From assembly GCA_041554135.1 (NCBI GenBank), contig JBFFML010000001.1, positions 95,459 to 159,458 on the forward strand: a stretch of 64,000 nt of DNA, given 5' to 3'. The first letter of the stretch is position 1; each line of letters opens with the position of its first letter. The DNA is from Thermoplasmata archaeon (lineage in GTDB: Archaea; Thermoplasmatota; Thermoplasmata; UBA10834). The notes beneath the pieces were generated by a model. That model was not told where the DNA came from, searched no databases, and was given only the letters and a program-made list of their open reading frames with translations. The position numbers and the translations under genes are program-made. Below, one piece after another: positions 25,349-33,783 of the stretch.

Positions 25349-26260
25349 GTGAGCTGGCAGTTGGCGCAGAGCGATACGTCGAGGGCCTACTCCGCGATCA
25401 TCGTAGCGATGGTCTCGGTCTCGTTCGCATCGATATTCATCAAGTGGAGCGATTCCGAGCCGTTCGTCCTCGCGTTCTACAGGCTCGGTCTCACATGCCT
25501 CATACTCCTGCCACTCATGTTCTGGTCCAAGGGCTTTTCCGAGCTCAGGACGCTAGGCAGACGCGACTGGACGCTGATCGCGCTCAGCGCGGTCGCGCTC
25601 TCCCTGCACTTCGGCCTTTGGATAGTCTCCCTCGGGCTGACGCTCGTGGCGACATCGGTGGTACTTGTGACGTCTCACCCGCTGTTCGTCGCGGGCGTCT
25701 CCCACTTCATCATGAAGGAGCGCGTCCAGAGGGTCGCCGTCATCGGCATAGTCGTCGCCTTCTCCGGCGTCTGCGTGATAAGCGTCGTCGACTATGGCGA
25801 AGGTGGGTCCACGCTGCTGGGCGACATCCTGGCATTCCTCGGCGGCATATGCGCGGGGGTGTATTTCCTGTCCGGGCGGAAGGCTCGGCAGTCCGTCTCC
25901 CTCGCGCCGTATGTGTTCTCCGTCTACCTGCTCTCGGCCGTGATGCTGGCATGCGGGGCTGCGATAGTGGGCGATACGCTGCTCGTCACCGACTCGAGGG
26001 AGCTCACGCTGTTCGTGCTGCTAGCCATCGTACCGACGATCTTCGGACACACGATGTTCAACTACGCCCTCAAGAAGCTCCCGGCTCATGTCATATCGAC
26101 CAGCGTCCTGAGCGAGCCCGTCGGGGCGTCGCTCCTCGCCTTCCTGCTGTTGCCGGGAGAGGTGCCTGGGCCGTGGATCGTGGTCGGCGGCGCGATGGTC
26201 GTTGGTGGCCTGTACATCGTGCTATCCCGGGGCTCCTCTCGGCGAAACGAGAGGATATGA
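25349..26260 (+). CDS. EamA/DMT-superfamily transporter (10-TM type)
   Basis: Two EamA-like halves, hydrophobic throughout: AFYRLGLTCLILLP...VLVTSHPLF...ILAFLGGICAGVYF...TIFGHTMFNYALKKL...GGAMVVGGLYIV. Confidence 0.8.
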   Translation: MSWQLAQSDTSRAYSAIIVAMVSVSFASIFIKWSDSEPFVLAFYRLGLTCLILLPLMFWSKGFSELRTLGRRDWTLIALSAVALSLHFGLWIVSLGLTLVATSVVLVTSHPLFVAGVSHFIMKERVQRVAVIGIVVAFSGVCVISVVDYGEGGSTLLGDILAFLGGICAGVYFLSGRKARQSVSLAPYVFSVYLLSAVMLACGAAIVGDTLLVTDSRELTLFVLLAIVPTIFGHTMFNYALKKLPAHVISTSVLSEPVGASLLAFLLLPGEVPGPWIVVGGAMVVGGLYIVLSRGSSRRNERI

Positions 26261-26418
26261 TTTCGGTGCGAGGTCCTACGAGACGTCCGTGCGTTTGGCG
26301 CCTGCTTCAGCAACCCATTTAAAACCATACGCTAGCGCCATGCGAAATGACTATTAGAGGCGTCATGGATTGCCCCCGCGCTTAGGCGTTAGGCAAGTGG
26401 TGTTTGGGAGTTGTTGAT

Positions 26419-27858
26419 ATGGCGGTTGCCCGTTTAGTGATTCTGTCGAAAGAGGAGCAGGACCTGATACACGAATCCAGTATCAAGAGCCTTCAGGAGA
26501 TTGGCATGCTCATCAGGAGCGAGCCGACCCTCAAGATGCTGGAGGACGCCGGAGCCAGCGTCGACTACTCCAAGAAGATAGCGAAGATGCCCGAGTCGAT
26601 GGTGACGGAGGCGATCAGGAGTGCGCCGAAATCCATACGCCTCTGCGCCAGGGACAGCAAGAACGATCTTCAGATACCCGTCGCTGGTCCGCCGTTCGTC
26701 GCGACCACGGGGCTCGGAGTGTATGTGCGGGACATGGACACGGGCGAGAAGCGCCCTTCGACCAGGAAGGACATCGGCGACTTCATCCGCCTCGCGGATG
26801 GCCTCAAAGGCGTGGACTTCGTCTGGACGTCCATCACAGCGAACGACGTGCCTCAGTTCTCGCACGGCCTCCACGAGCTCTGGACCGCCATGCAGAACAC
26901 CACGAAGCACGTGAACGGCGTCTCGATAATGAGCGCGCCCGATTCGAGGAAACAGATAGAGCTCGCGTCGCTAATCGCGGGCGGCGAGGACGAGCTCAGG
27001 AAGCGGCCTCTGTTCTCGGTCATCTGCTGCTCCATCGCGCCTCTATCTTACGAGGGCGGCGTCGTGGAGGGAATGATCGAGTTCGTGAAGGCGGGCATCC
27101 CGATTATGTCCATGTCCATGTCGCTCTCGGGAGGTACTGCGCCAGTGACGCTCGCTGGCACGTTGACGAACGCGAACACGGAGAACCTGGCGAGCCTGGT
27201 CATCACGCAGACGGCGGCGCCCGGCTCACCGCACATATACTGCTCCTCGTCAGCTCCGATAAGCATGAAGACAGGCGTCATCAACTACATGGCGCCCGAG
27301 CAGTGTCTGATCGCGGCGGGTCTGGGACAGATGGCCCGCAGGTACGGCCTCCCGTCGATGGTGGGAGACTGGGGAGTCAACGACATCGAGACCCCAGGCG
27401 TCCCGCACTCGTTCACCGAGACCATGGGCGTGGCGCTCAGCACTATGGCCAACTCCGACCTCGTCTCCGGCATAGGGGGCATAGACGCCGTCAAAGGGGT
27501 CTCCTTCGAGCAGGCGGTCATAGAGTCCTACATCTGGGAGAACTTCCGGGGTTTCATGAGGGAGCTGGTGATATCTCCGGAGACGATCGCCCTGGACGTC
27601 GTCAGGCAGGTGGGCCACGGCAACACGTTCCTAACGCATCCCCACACCGCGAAGAACTTCCGGAAGGAGCTGTTCTTCCGGGACCCGAAGAAGCTGGCCT
27701 GGGAGGCGACGCTCTCGGACAGGATGGTGCCAGAGGCGAAGGAAGTGGCGCGGCAGATACTGAGGGAGCACACGGTCGACCCGGTGGGCGCCGAGATAGT
27801 AGCTGGAGGCGACAAGCTCATAAGGGAGTACGAGGCCGCCGCGGAGCTTCGATCGTAA
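26419..27858 (+). CDS. MttB-superfamily (trimethylamine-methyltransferase-like) protein, no in-frame amber codon
   Basis: ORF 26404..27858, with ATG 26419 preferred: MAVARLVILSKEEQDLIHESSIKSLQEIG. Full MttB length (about 480 aa). Blocks include MSLSGGTAPVTLAGTL, NGVSIMSAP and GNTFLTHPHT. Uninterrupted frame. TAA stop. Confidence 0.8.
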   Translation: MAVARLVILSKEEQDLIHESSIKSLQEIGMLIRSEPTLKMLEDAGASVDYSKKIAKMPESMVTEAIRSAPKSIRLCARDSKNDLQIPVAGPPFVATTGLGVYVRDMDTGEKRPSTRKDIGDFIRLADGLKGVDFVWTSITANDVPQFSHGLHELWTAMQNTTKHVNGVSIMSAPDSRKQIELASLIAGGEDELRKRPLFSVICCSIAPLSYEGGVVEGMIEFVKAGIPIMSMSMSLSGGTAPVTLAGTLTNANTENLASLVITQTAAPGSPHIYCSSSAPISMKTGVINYMAPEQCLIAAGLGQMARRYGLPSMVGDWGVNDIETPGVPHSFTETMGVALSTMANSDLVSGIGGIDAVKGVSFEQAVIESYIWENFRGFMRELVISPETIALDVVRQVGHGNTFLTHPHTAKNFRKELFFRDPKKLAWEATLSDRMVPEAKEVARQILREHTVDPVGAEIVAGGDKLIREYEAAAELRS

Positions 27859-27921
27859 ACCCCTGGCACGCGCGACCCGCTATCGCCGCGGAACGACGCA
27901 TCGAAAACCCTTTCACAAAAG

Positions 27922-27941
27922 GCGGGGCTTCTCGGCCCCGC
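27922..27941 (+). terminator. 7-bp GC hairpin between the two mttB-like genes
   Basis: GCGGGGC-ttctcg-GCCCCGC. No T-tract follows, so it may be a processing or stability element rather than a terminator. Confidence 0.3.
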
Positions 27942-27961
27942 AGGACGCGACACGCAAGGAG

Positions 27962-29413
27962 GTGGTGGATATCTCCGCCTTTGCAGATAGGTTCAAAGTG
28001 AGACAACCGCAGTCGATGATGAAGGAGTCGGACAAGAAGAAGATACACGAGGCGGCGCTGGACGTGCTCGCGACGGTAGGCATAAAGGTCATGAGCAAAC
28101 CGGCGAGGGATGCCCTCAAGGCCGCTGGCGCCGAGGTCGACGAGGGCGGCGCCGTGGTGAAGTTCCCGGAGGGTCTGGTCGGTTCACTCATGAGGACAGT
28201 GCCGTCTGAGATCGTCCTCGCAGGCAGGACCAAGGAGTACGACCTGCCGCTCGACGGCACGCACCATTACTACACGACGGACGGATGCGGCATCTCGACC
28301 TGGGACCAGAGGACGCAGACACGGAGGGCGTCGGTCCTAGCGGACATCACGAAGACGGCCATAATCGGCGACTGGCTACCTTATCTCAGCATATACGAGC
28401 CCATGGTGGTGGCAAACGACGCTCCCTCGAAGATACACGTGCTCGCCGGCCTCAGGGAGGCGATGAGGAACACGTCGAAACACATAGAGACCGAGTCGAC
28501 GACGACGCCATCCGAGGCTGAAGCGCAGGTGAAGATGGCCGCGGAGGTAGTGGGGTCCGCCGAGGAGCTGAGGAAGCGGCACTACCTGTCTGCGATGGTA
28601 TGCACGATATCGCCGCTGGTGCTCGACGGAGGCGCCACGGACGCGGCCATGGTCTGGGCCGACAACCACGTCCCCGTCCACATAACAGGCATGGCGAGCA
28701 TGGGGCTGAGCGGCCCCGCGACCATCGGTGGGGCGCTGACTGTGAATCACGCGGAGACGCTGGCGCTCGCCTGTGCTATGCAGGCGCGGTCACCAGGCGC
28801 CCCGGTGCTATACGGCTCCGTCCAGTCGAGCATGGACGCACGCACAGGCGCATACAACGCCGGAGCCCCTGAGACCATACTGCTCAGCATCGGCAACATC
28901 GAGATGGCGAAGTACCTCAAGGTCCCATGCTCCGCGGGGGGGACGGGAGGCAGCTCGAGGATCCCTGGCCTTCGCGCGTCAATCGAGAACGCAGTGCTCT
29001 CCCCTCCTCTGGCGACCGTCGGAAGCGAGGTGATGAACGGCATCGGGCTCGCCGACGGCTCGACGCTGCTCTCGTACGAGCAGATGATGCTCGACCACGA
29101 GATCGTGGGCCTGATACTCAACTCCCACAGGGAGATATCGATAGACGACGACTCGCTCGCCCTCGACCTGATCAAGAAGGTGGGCATAGGCGGCAACTAC
29201 CTGACGGAGATGCACACGCTCAGGCACGTGAGGGAGTTCTACTCTCCCATGCTCTGGGACATGTCCTCCTTCGACTCATGGGTCGCCGGGGGCAAGAAGG
29301 ACCTCATGTCCGTCGCGCTCGAGAGATCCCAGAGGATACTGTCGGAGCACAAGCCCGAACCGCTGGACGCCGACAAGTCGAAGGCCTTGGACAGGATCGT
29401 GGACGAGTTCTGA
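27962..29413 (+). CDS. Second, divergent MttB-superfamily protein, no in-frame amber codon
   Basis: SDKKKIHEAALDVLATVGIKV...MASMGLSGPATIGGAL...GGNYLTEMHT...DSW. Colinear with the first copy but strongly diverged. The start is either GTG 27962, which sits inside the AAGGAGG box, or ATG 28016. Confidence 0.78.
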   Translation: MVDISAFADRFKVRQPQSMMKESDKKKIHEAALDVLATVGIKVMSKPARDALKAAGAEVDEGGAVVKFPEGLVGSLMRTVPSEIVLAGRTKEYDLPLDGTHHYYTTDGCGISTWDQRTQTRRASVLADITKTAIIGDWLPYLSIYEPMVVANDAPSKIHVLAGLREAMRNTSKHIETESTTTPSEAEAQVKMAAEVVGSAEELRKRHYLSAMVCTISPLVLDGGATDAAMVWADNHVPVHITGMASMGLSGPATIGGALTVNHAETLALACAMQARSPGAPVLYGSVQSSMDARTGAYNAGAPETILLSIGNIEMAKYLKVPCSAGGTGGSSRIPGLRASIENAVLSPPLATVGSEVMNGIGLADGSTLLSYEQMMLDHEIVGLILNSHREISIDDDSLALDLIKKVGIGGNYLTEMHTLRHVREFYSPMLWDMSSFDSWVAGGKKDLMSVALERSQRILSEHKPEPLDADKSKALDRIVDEF

Positions 29414-29566
29414 TCCCTCCGCATATGACGTCGTGCGGATGACATCCCATCAGCGTCAGCCAGATGATGAGTCGGCCCCGCCTTTCTGGAATCCTTTTAA
29501 TCTGAGAACCGACATACACCGCTCGGCGGCCGGCCTCTGTTTGGCCAGTCGTATAGGGGAGAGTCA

Positions 29567-30214
29567 ATGGACGAGAACAAAGTGCTCAAGATGCTTGGAG
29601 ATGCCATCGAATCTTATGATTCTGGCGCCGCTGAGAAGGCGGCGAAGGAGGCTGTGAAGTCTAAGGTCGACCCTTTGAAGGCGATCGAGAAGGGCCTTGC
29701 GCCGTCGATAGAGCGGGTCGGCGAGAAGTTCGAGAAGATGGAGGTCTACCTGCCAGAGCTGATGCTCGCCGCGGAGGCAATGCGGTCCGCCATGGCCGTG
29801 CTGTTGCCGCTCATACCGAAGGACCAGAAGGTGTCCAAGGCGACCGTCGTGATAGGCACGGTGCAGGGAGATATCCACGAGATCGGGAAGAACATAGTCT
29901 CTAACATGTTGGTCGCGAACGGCTTCGACGTCGTTGACCTCGGGGTCGATGTGAAGACATCGACGTTCGTTGACGAGGCGAAGCGCGCGAAGGCCAAGGT
30001 CATCGGCGCCTCGGCGCTCATGTCGAGCACCATAGGCTCCCAGAAGGACATCGTCGACTATCTCGTGTCGTTGAAGGAGAGGAAGAAGTACGGGATCATG
30101 GTAGGCGGCGGACCAACGACCGGCGAGTGGGCGAAGGAGATCGGTGCGGACGGCTGGGGCGAGGACGCGGCGTCGACGGTGAAGCTGGCGAACAAGTTGG
30201 CGAAGGGGAAGTGA
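29567..30214 (+). CDS. Corrinoid (cobalamin-binding) methyl-carrier protein, MtmC/MtbC/MttC/MtgC type
   Basis: N-terminal helical cap, then a Rossmann B12 domain: VVIGTVQGDIHEIGKNIV (DxHxxG), IGASALMSST (SxL) and IMVGGGP (GG). Confidence 0.88.
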   Translation: MDENKVLKMLGDAIESYDSGAAEKAAKEAVKSKVDPLKAIEKGLAPSIERVGEKFEKMEVYLPELMLAAEAMRSAMAVLLPLIPKDQKVSKATVVIGTVQGDIHEIGKNIVSNMLVANGFDVVDLGVDVKTSTFVDEAKRAKAKVIGASALMSSTIGSQKDIVDYLVSLKERKKYGIMVGGGPTTGEWAKEIGADGWGEDAASTVKLANKLAKGK

Positions 30215-30218
30215 TGGT

Positions 30219-31604
30219 TTGGTCCAGATCCTCGACGTGATGGAGAAGGCGCTCGAGGGCAAGCCCATGAGCGAGACGGACTACCAGCTGAGGAGTTTCG
30301 CGCCAAAGGTCCAGGAGAAGGTGAAGGAGTACGGCATCAAGTTCGACCCCGCGAAGCCGATACCGGACGACGGGTCGTTGGCGGATGATTTGTTCGAGGC
30401 GGCCGTGGACCTTCTCGCCGACGTCGGCGCCTACTGCACGAGCACCGCTCGGGTCATATCGTACTCGGAGAAGGAGATACGGAGGGCCATCGCGGAAGCG
30501 CCCGAGGAGATCGAGCTCGGCGAGGGGCGCGACCGCAAGACGCTGAGGGGCAGGAAGGTCGGCGACAAGACCCCCCCGTGGTGCCTGTTGGGCGCTGGCG
30601 GAGGCGCCTGCTCCAGCGACAAGTCGTTCATCACCCTCGTGGAGGGCTATGCGGAGATCCCAGAGACGAACGGCATAACGACCCCTGCCATAACCCGGGT
30701 CGGGGGAATGAGGATACGTCCCGCTTCACCGCTGGAGCTGTTGGGGGCTATGAGGAACGCGGTGCTGGCGAGGGAGACATGCAACAGGGTGGGCCGTGAG
30801 GGCATACCTATAATGAACTCGTTATCGACGGCCGAGTCGGACATCGCCTTCGCGGCGGCGTTGCACCCCAAGTTCGGCATGCGTAGGTCCGACGCGTACA
30901 TGATCTGCTGCATGGACCCGATGAAGGTCGACTTCGCAAGGCTGAACAAGGTCACCACCGCGCTCTCGCTGGGCGGCCCGATAGGCATGTGCGAGGGGCC
31001 TTTGCTGGGAGGCTACGCCGGCGGCGCGGAGGGCACGGCCTTGTCCAATGTGGCCCACCACATGATGGGCGTGCTGACGTACCAATCGAGCTGGATACTG
31101 CCGTTCCCTCTTCACCTGAGGTATGTGTCGAGCAGCTGCAGGGAGCTGCTCTGGGTGATCAGCGCCACGGGACAGGCGATCAGCCGCAACTCGCACATCA
31201 TCAGTCTGAACCTGAACTACACGTCTGCGGGACCGTGCACGACCATGTGCCTGTTCGAGACGTCCGCGTCGGTGCTTGCGGCCGTCACGGCCGGCATGTC
31301 GATAGAGTCCGTGGGCGTCGCGTCCAACCGATACGAGGACAGGACGACCCCGGTCGAGCCGAGGATATCCGCGGAGGTCGGACACGCCGTCGCTGGCATG
31401 AAGCTCTCCGACGCCAACGAGGTTGCGGGGAAGCTGTTGTCCAAGTACGAGTCGAAGCTCTCGGACGCGCCGCTGGGCAAGGGCTTGTACGAGTGCTGGG
31501 ACGCGGACAAGAGGCGTCCATCCAAGGAGTACAAGACGGTCATCAAATCGTACAAGCGTTCGATGTCCGGCCTGGGTGTGGAACTTAAGGACGAGCTCGC
31601 CTGA
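30219..31604 (+). CDS. MtmB-family (monomethylamine-methyltransferase-like) protein lacking the pyrrolysine codon
   Basis: 461 uninterrupted codons, colinear with MtmB as I recall it. Blocks: GEGRDRKTLRGRKVGDK, LLGGYAGGAEGTAL, NYTSAGPCTTMCLFETSAS and LSKYESKLSDAPLGKGLYECWD. The Pyl-loop region reads GREGIPIMNSLSTAES (Met at nt 30813-30815). Start TTG 30219, GTG 30237 or ATG 30240, which is 4-25 nt after the corrinoid gene stop. Confidence 0.8.
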   Translation: MVQILDVMEKALEGKPMSETDYQLRSFAPKVQEKVKEYGIKFDPAKPIPDDGSLADDLFEAAVDLLADVGAYCTSTARVISYSEKEIRRAIAEAPEEIELGEGRDRKTLRGRKVGDKTPPWCLLGAGGGACSSDKSFITLVEGYAEIPETNGITTPAITRVGGMRIRPASPLELLGAMRNAVLARETCNRVGREGIPIMNSLSTAESDIAFAAALHPKFGMRRSDAYMICCMDPMKVDFARLNKVTTALSLGGPIGMCEGPLLGGYAGGAEGTALSNVAHHMMGVLTYQSSWILPFPLHLRYVSSSCRELLWVISATGQAISRNSHIISLNLNYTSAGPCTTMCLFETSASVLAAVTAGMSIESVGVASNRYEDRTTPVEPRISAEVGHAVAGMKLSDANEVAGKLLSKYESKLSDAPLGKGLYECWDADKRRPSKEYKTVIKSYKRSMSGLGVELKDELA

Positions 31605-31687
31605 ATCCATCTCTCACCGTTCGGGGCGGGCGCCCCTCAAACCCCTCACTATCATCTTTCTGAACGCTTCCGACAGCGTAGACGCCG

Positions 31688-32344
31688 TCACTCGACTGGC
31701 GGCTTGATGACGCCTTTCCTCGGAGGTCCGAACCTCATCCAGATGAGGAGTCCCAGTATCAGCGCGAGCGGTATGATGAGGGCTATGCACACGTATGTCC
31801 CTAGCCGACCGAGCTCCCAGGGGAGTTTCTCCTCGTAGAAGTCCACCTCGTTGTCCGCGTACGTGTTGTCCTCGACGCGGGCGCCCTCGCTGTAGACGAC
31901 ATACACGCCGTAGTCGCACCCTGAGATGGTGTTGTCCACGATGGCGCACTTGTCCGAGTACGAGACGCGTATTCCGATCGTGTGATTCGTAATCACACAG
32001 CCATCGACCCTGACGTTCTCCACTTCCTGCAGTTTGACGCCGAAGCTGCCGTTCTTCAGGACGACGTCCCTTATGACCAGGTGCCTGGTCGTTTCGACAA
32101 CCCAGATGCATGTCACGGAGCCTAAGCCGTCTATCTCCAGACTCTCGATTATGTATGGGTCGTCGGAGGTCCCGGACCCTGATGACACGCCGTTGGCGGA
32201 CGTGAAGTCCTCGTCACTCAGTATCTTGATGGGGGACGACGGCGTCAGCTGCGCCGACGCTTCCGCCGAGGCTGACGGTGATACGCATGCGGCGCTTGCC
32301 GTCACCACACCGAGAAGAACCGCGACGACCAAGAGTTTGATCAT
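31688..32344 (-). CDS. Secreted, C-terminally membrane-anchored right-handed beta-helix (NosD/pectin-lyase-fold) repeat protein
   Basis: Signal peptide MIKLLVVAVLLGVVTASAACV. Repeated beta-helix turns: V..N...G..L. / CVITNHTIGIRV / AIVDNTISGCDYGVYV / ARVEDNTYA. C-terminal TM segment YVCIALIIPLALILGLLIW. Confidence 0.6.
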   Translation of the reverse strand: MIKLLVVAVLLGVVTASAACVSPSASAEASAQLTPSSPIKILSDEDFTSANGVSSGSGTSDDPYIIESLEIDGLGSVTCIWVVETTRHLVIRDVVLKNGSFGVKLQEVENVRVDGCVITNHTIGIRVSYSDKCAIVDNTISGCDYGVYVVYSEGARVEDNTYADNEVDFYEEKLPWELGRLGTYVCIALIIPLALILGLLIWMRFGPPRKGVIKPPVE

Positions 32345-32446
32345 GTTCCCGCCAACGTCAGTCGAATAGCGCGATCTCGATATTGCCCTTTTGGTCGGGG
32401 CTGCCGACGGACGCCGCGAGTCGCGGCGCCGTACTCCGCTCCGCCT

Positions 32447-32728
32447 CTACTGCTTGTCCAATATCTTTATCAGATGCCAGCCAAACTGGGTCTTCACGGG
32501 CCCGACGGTCTCTCCCTTCTCTCCCGCGAAGGCCGCGTCCTCGAACTCCTTGACCATCTGTCCTCTCCCGAACCAGCCGAGGTTCCCTCCGTCCTTGCCG
32601 GAGGGGCACTCCGAGTGCGTCCGTGCCAGCTTCGCGAAGTCCTCGCCTGATTTGACCATTGTAAGAAGCTCGCTCGCCCTGCCTTCCTCCTTCACCAGAA
32701 TGTGCGCGGCATTGACTTTTGAGGTCAT
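32447..32728 (-). CDS. Parvulin-type peptidyl-prolyl cis-trans isomerase
   Basis: VNAAHILVKEE...FAKLARTHSECPSGKDGGNLGWFGRGQMVKEFEDAAF...VKTQFGWHLIK. TAG stop. Confidence 0.88.
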   Translation of the reverse strand: MTSKVNAAHILVKEEGRASELLTMVKSGEDFAKLARTHSECPSGKDGGNLGWFGRGQMVKEFEDAAFAGEKGETVGPVKTQFGWHLIKILDKQ

Positions 32729-32953
32729 CGTACATGGAAAGGCTATCCCTGTTAACTAGTTGTCGAATCTACCTCCTCGTACGTTCATTAAGTCCTCCTG
32801 CTCGTAGTTCCGTCTCGCCGCAGGCCACGAAACGTGCCCTCGCGCCGTTTCCACCATAGCCAGGCGTCATCCGTGGCTTCGTTTGCGCCCGGACACCCGT
32901 ACCTGTCATTCGAAAAGACTATTGCCTCGTAGGGGCAAAGGTACTAGGGGAAT

Positions 32954-33565
32954 ATGGCATTGGACGAGATCGACAGGAAGATCCTGAAGGAACTTCAGAA
33001 GGATGGCCGCGCATCGTTCAGGGAGCTCTCTTCCAGGGTGAAGGTGAGCACGCCGACCGTGAGCTCCAGAGTGCAGACGATGACCGACAACGGGCTCATA
33101 AGGGGGTACACCGTCCTCATGGACGCCGACATGCTCGGCCAGGTATCCGTGGCCACGCTCCTGGAGGCCAAACCGTCCGACATCGATAGGGTGGTGGAGC
33201 GGATCAAGGACGAGGAGATTGTCCGGCAGGTGCACATCCTCTCCGATTCGCGCATACTCTGCATCCTCTCGTTCTACGACCAGAAACGCTACCAGAGCTT
33301 CGTTCAGTCGCTCTCGGGCATCGCGGAGATACACAGGATAGACAACTCCATGATACTGAATACTCCGAAGGAACTGCCCAGGGCGTCTCTGACTGACGAG
33401 ACGGGGCTGATGATCAAGTGCTACTACTGCGGGCACCTCATCAAGGACGAGGGCGTCAAGGTGAAGCTGGACGGCAAGACGCATTATCTGTGCTGCGGCG
33501 TCTGCGCGAAGCTGTACAAGGAGAAGTACGAGCGCATGAAGAAAGCCGCGACGGACGCCACCTGA
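32954..33565 (+). CDS. Lrp/AsnC-family transcriptional regulator fused to a C-terminal TRASH (Cys4 metal-binding) domain
   Basis: LDEIDRKILKELQKDGRASFRELSSRVKVSTPTVSSRVQTMTDNGLIRGY (HTH_AsnC), then a RAM-like middle region. The C-terminus is CYYCGHLIKDEGVKVKLDGKTHYLCCGVC, which fits C-x2-C-x20-C-x3-C. Confidence 0.75.
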   Translation: MALDEIDRKILKELQKDGRASFRELSSRVKVSTPTVSSRVQTMTDNGLIRGYTVLMDADMLGQVSVATLLEAKPSDIDRVVERIKDEEIVRQVHILSDSRILCILSFYDQKRYQSFVQSLSGIAEIHRIDNSMILNTPKELPRASLTDETGLMIKCYYCGHLIKDEGVKVKLDGKTHYLCCGVCAKLYKEKYERMKKAATDAT

Positions 33566-33783
33566 GCTCGACGGCGAAGACCTCCGACGGCGGAGGGACG
33601 GAGCCAGGTGATCACGCCTGCGGGGCATCGATACGGAGGAACCGAGCTCCGCCCCGTATGTAGATAGAATCGACGGGTGGTTTCTTCGTTGTCCCTTACA
33701 GCCCTGTCCCGCCGAGGCCACAGAGCCGTGTACAACAACTCTTATATTCGGGTACCAGGTATGCCGTCGTCGTAGACTGGTGA

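Noticed and set aside
29464-29505. C/D-box sRNA-like pair (ATGATGA … CTGA) in the spacer before the corrinoid gene
   Set aside because: The boxes are only about 42 nt apart end to end. There are no credible internal D'/C' boxes or terminal stem, and the span is too short for two 12-nt guides.
26419-31604. In-frame amber (Pyl) codons or split ORFs in the MttB-like and MtmB-like genes
   Set aside because: I checked specifically. All three are single uninterrupted ORFs of full family length ending in TAA or TGA, so no read-through model is needed.
33566-33783. Possible TPP riboswitch upstream of thi4
   Set aside because: I looked for the conserved CUGAGA and ACCUGAUCUGGAUAAUGCCAGCG-like elements of the THI element on the + strand and found neither. 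Only a TATA-like CTTATATT box and short palindromes are present.
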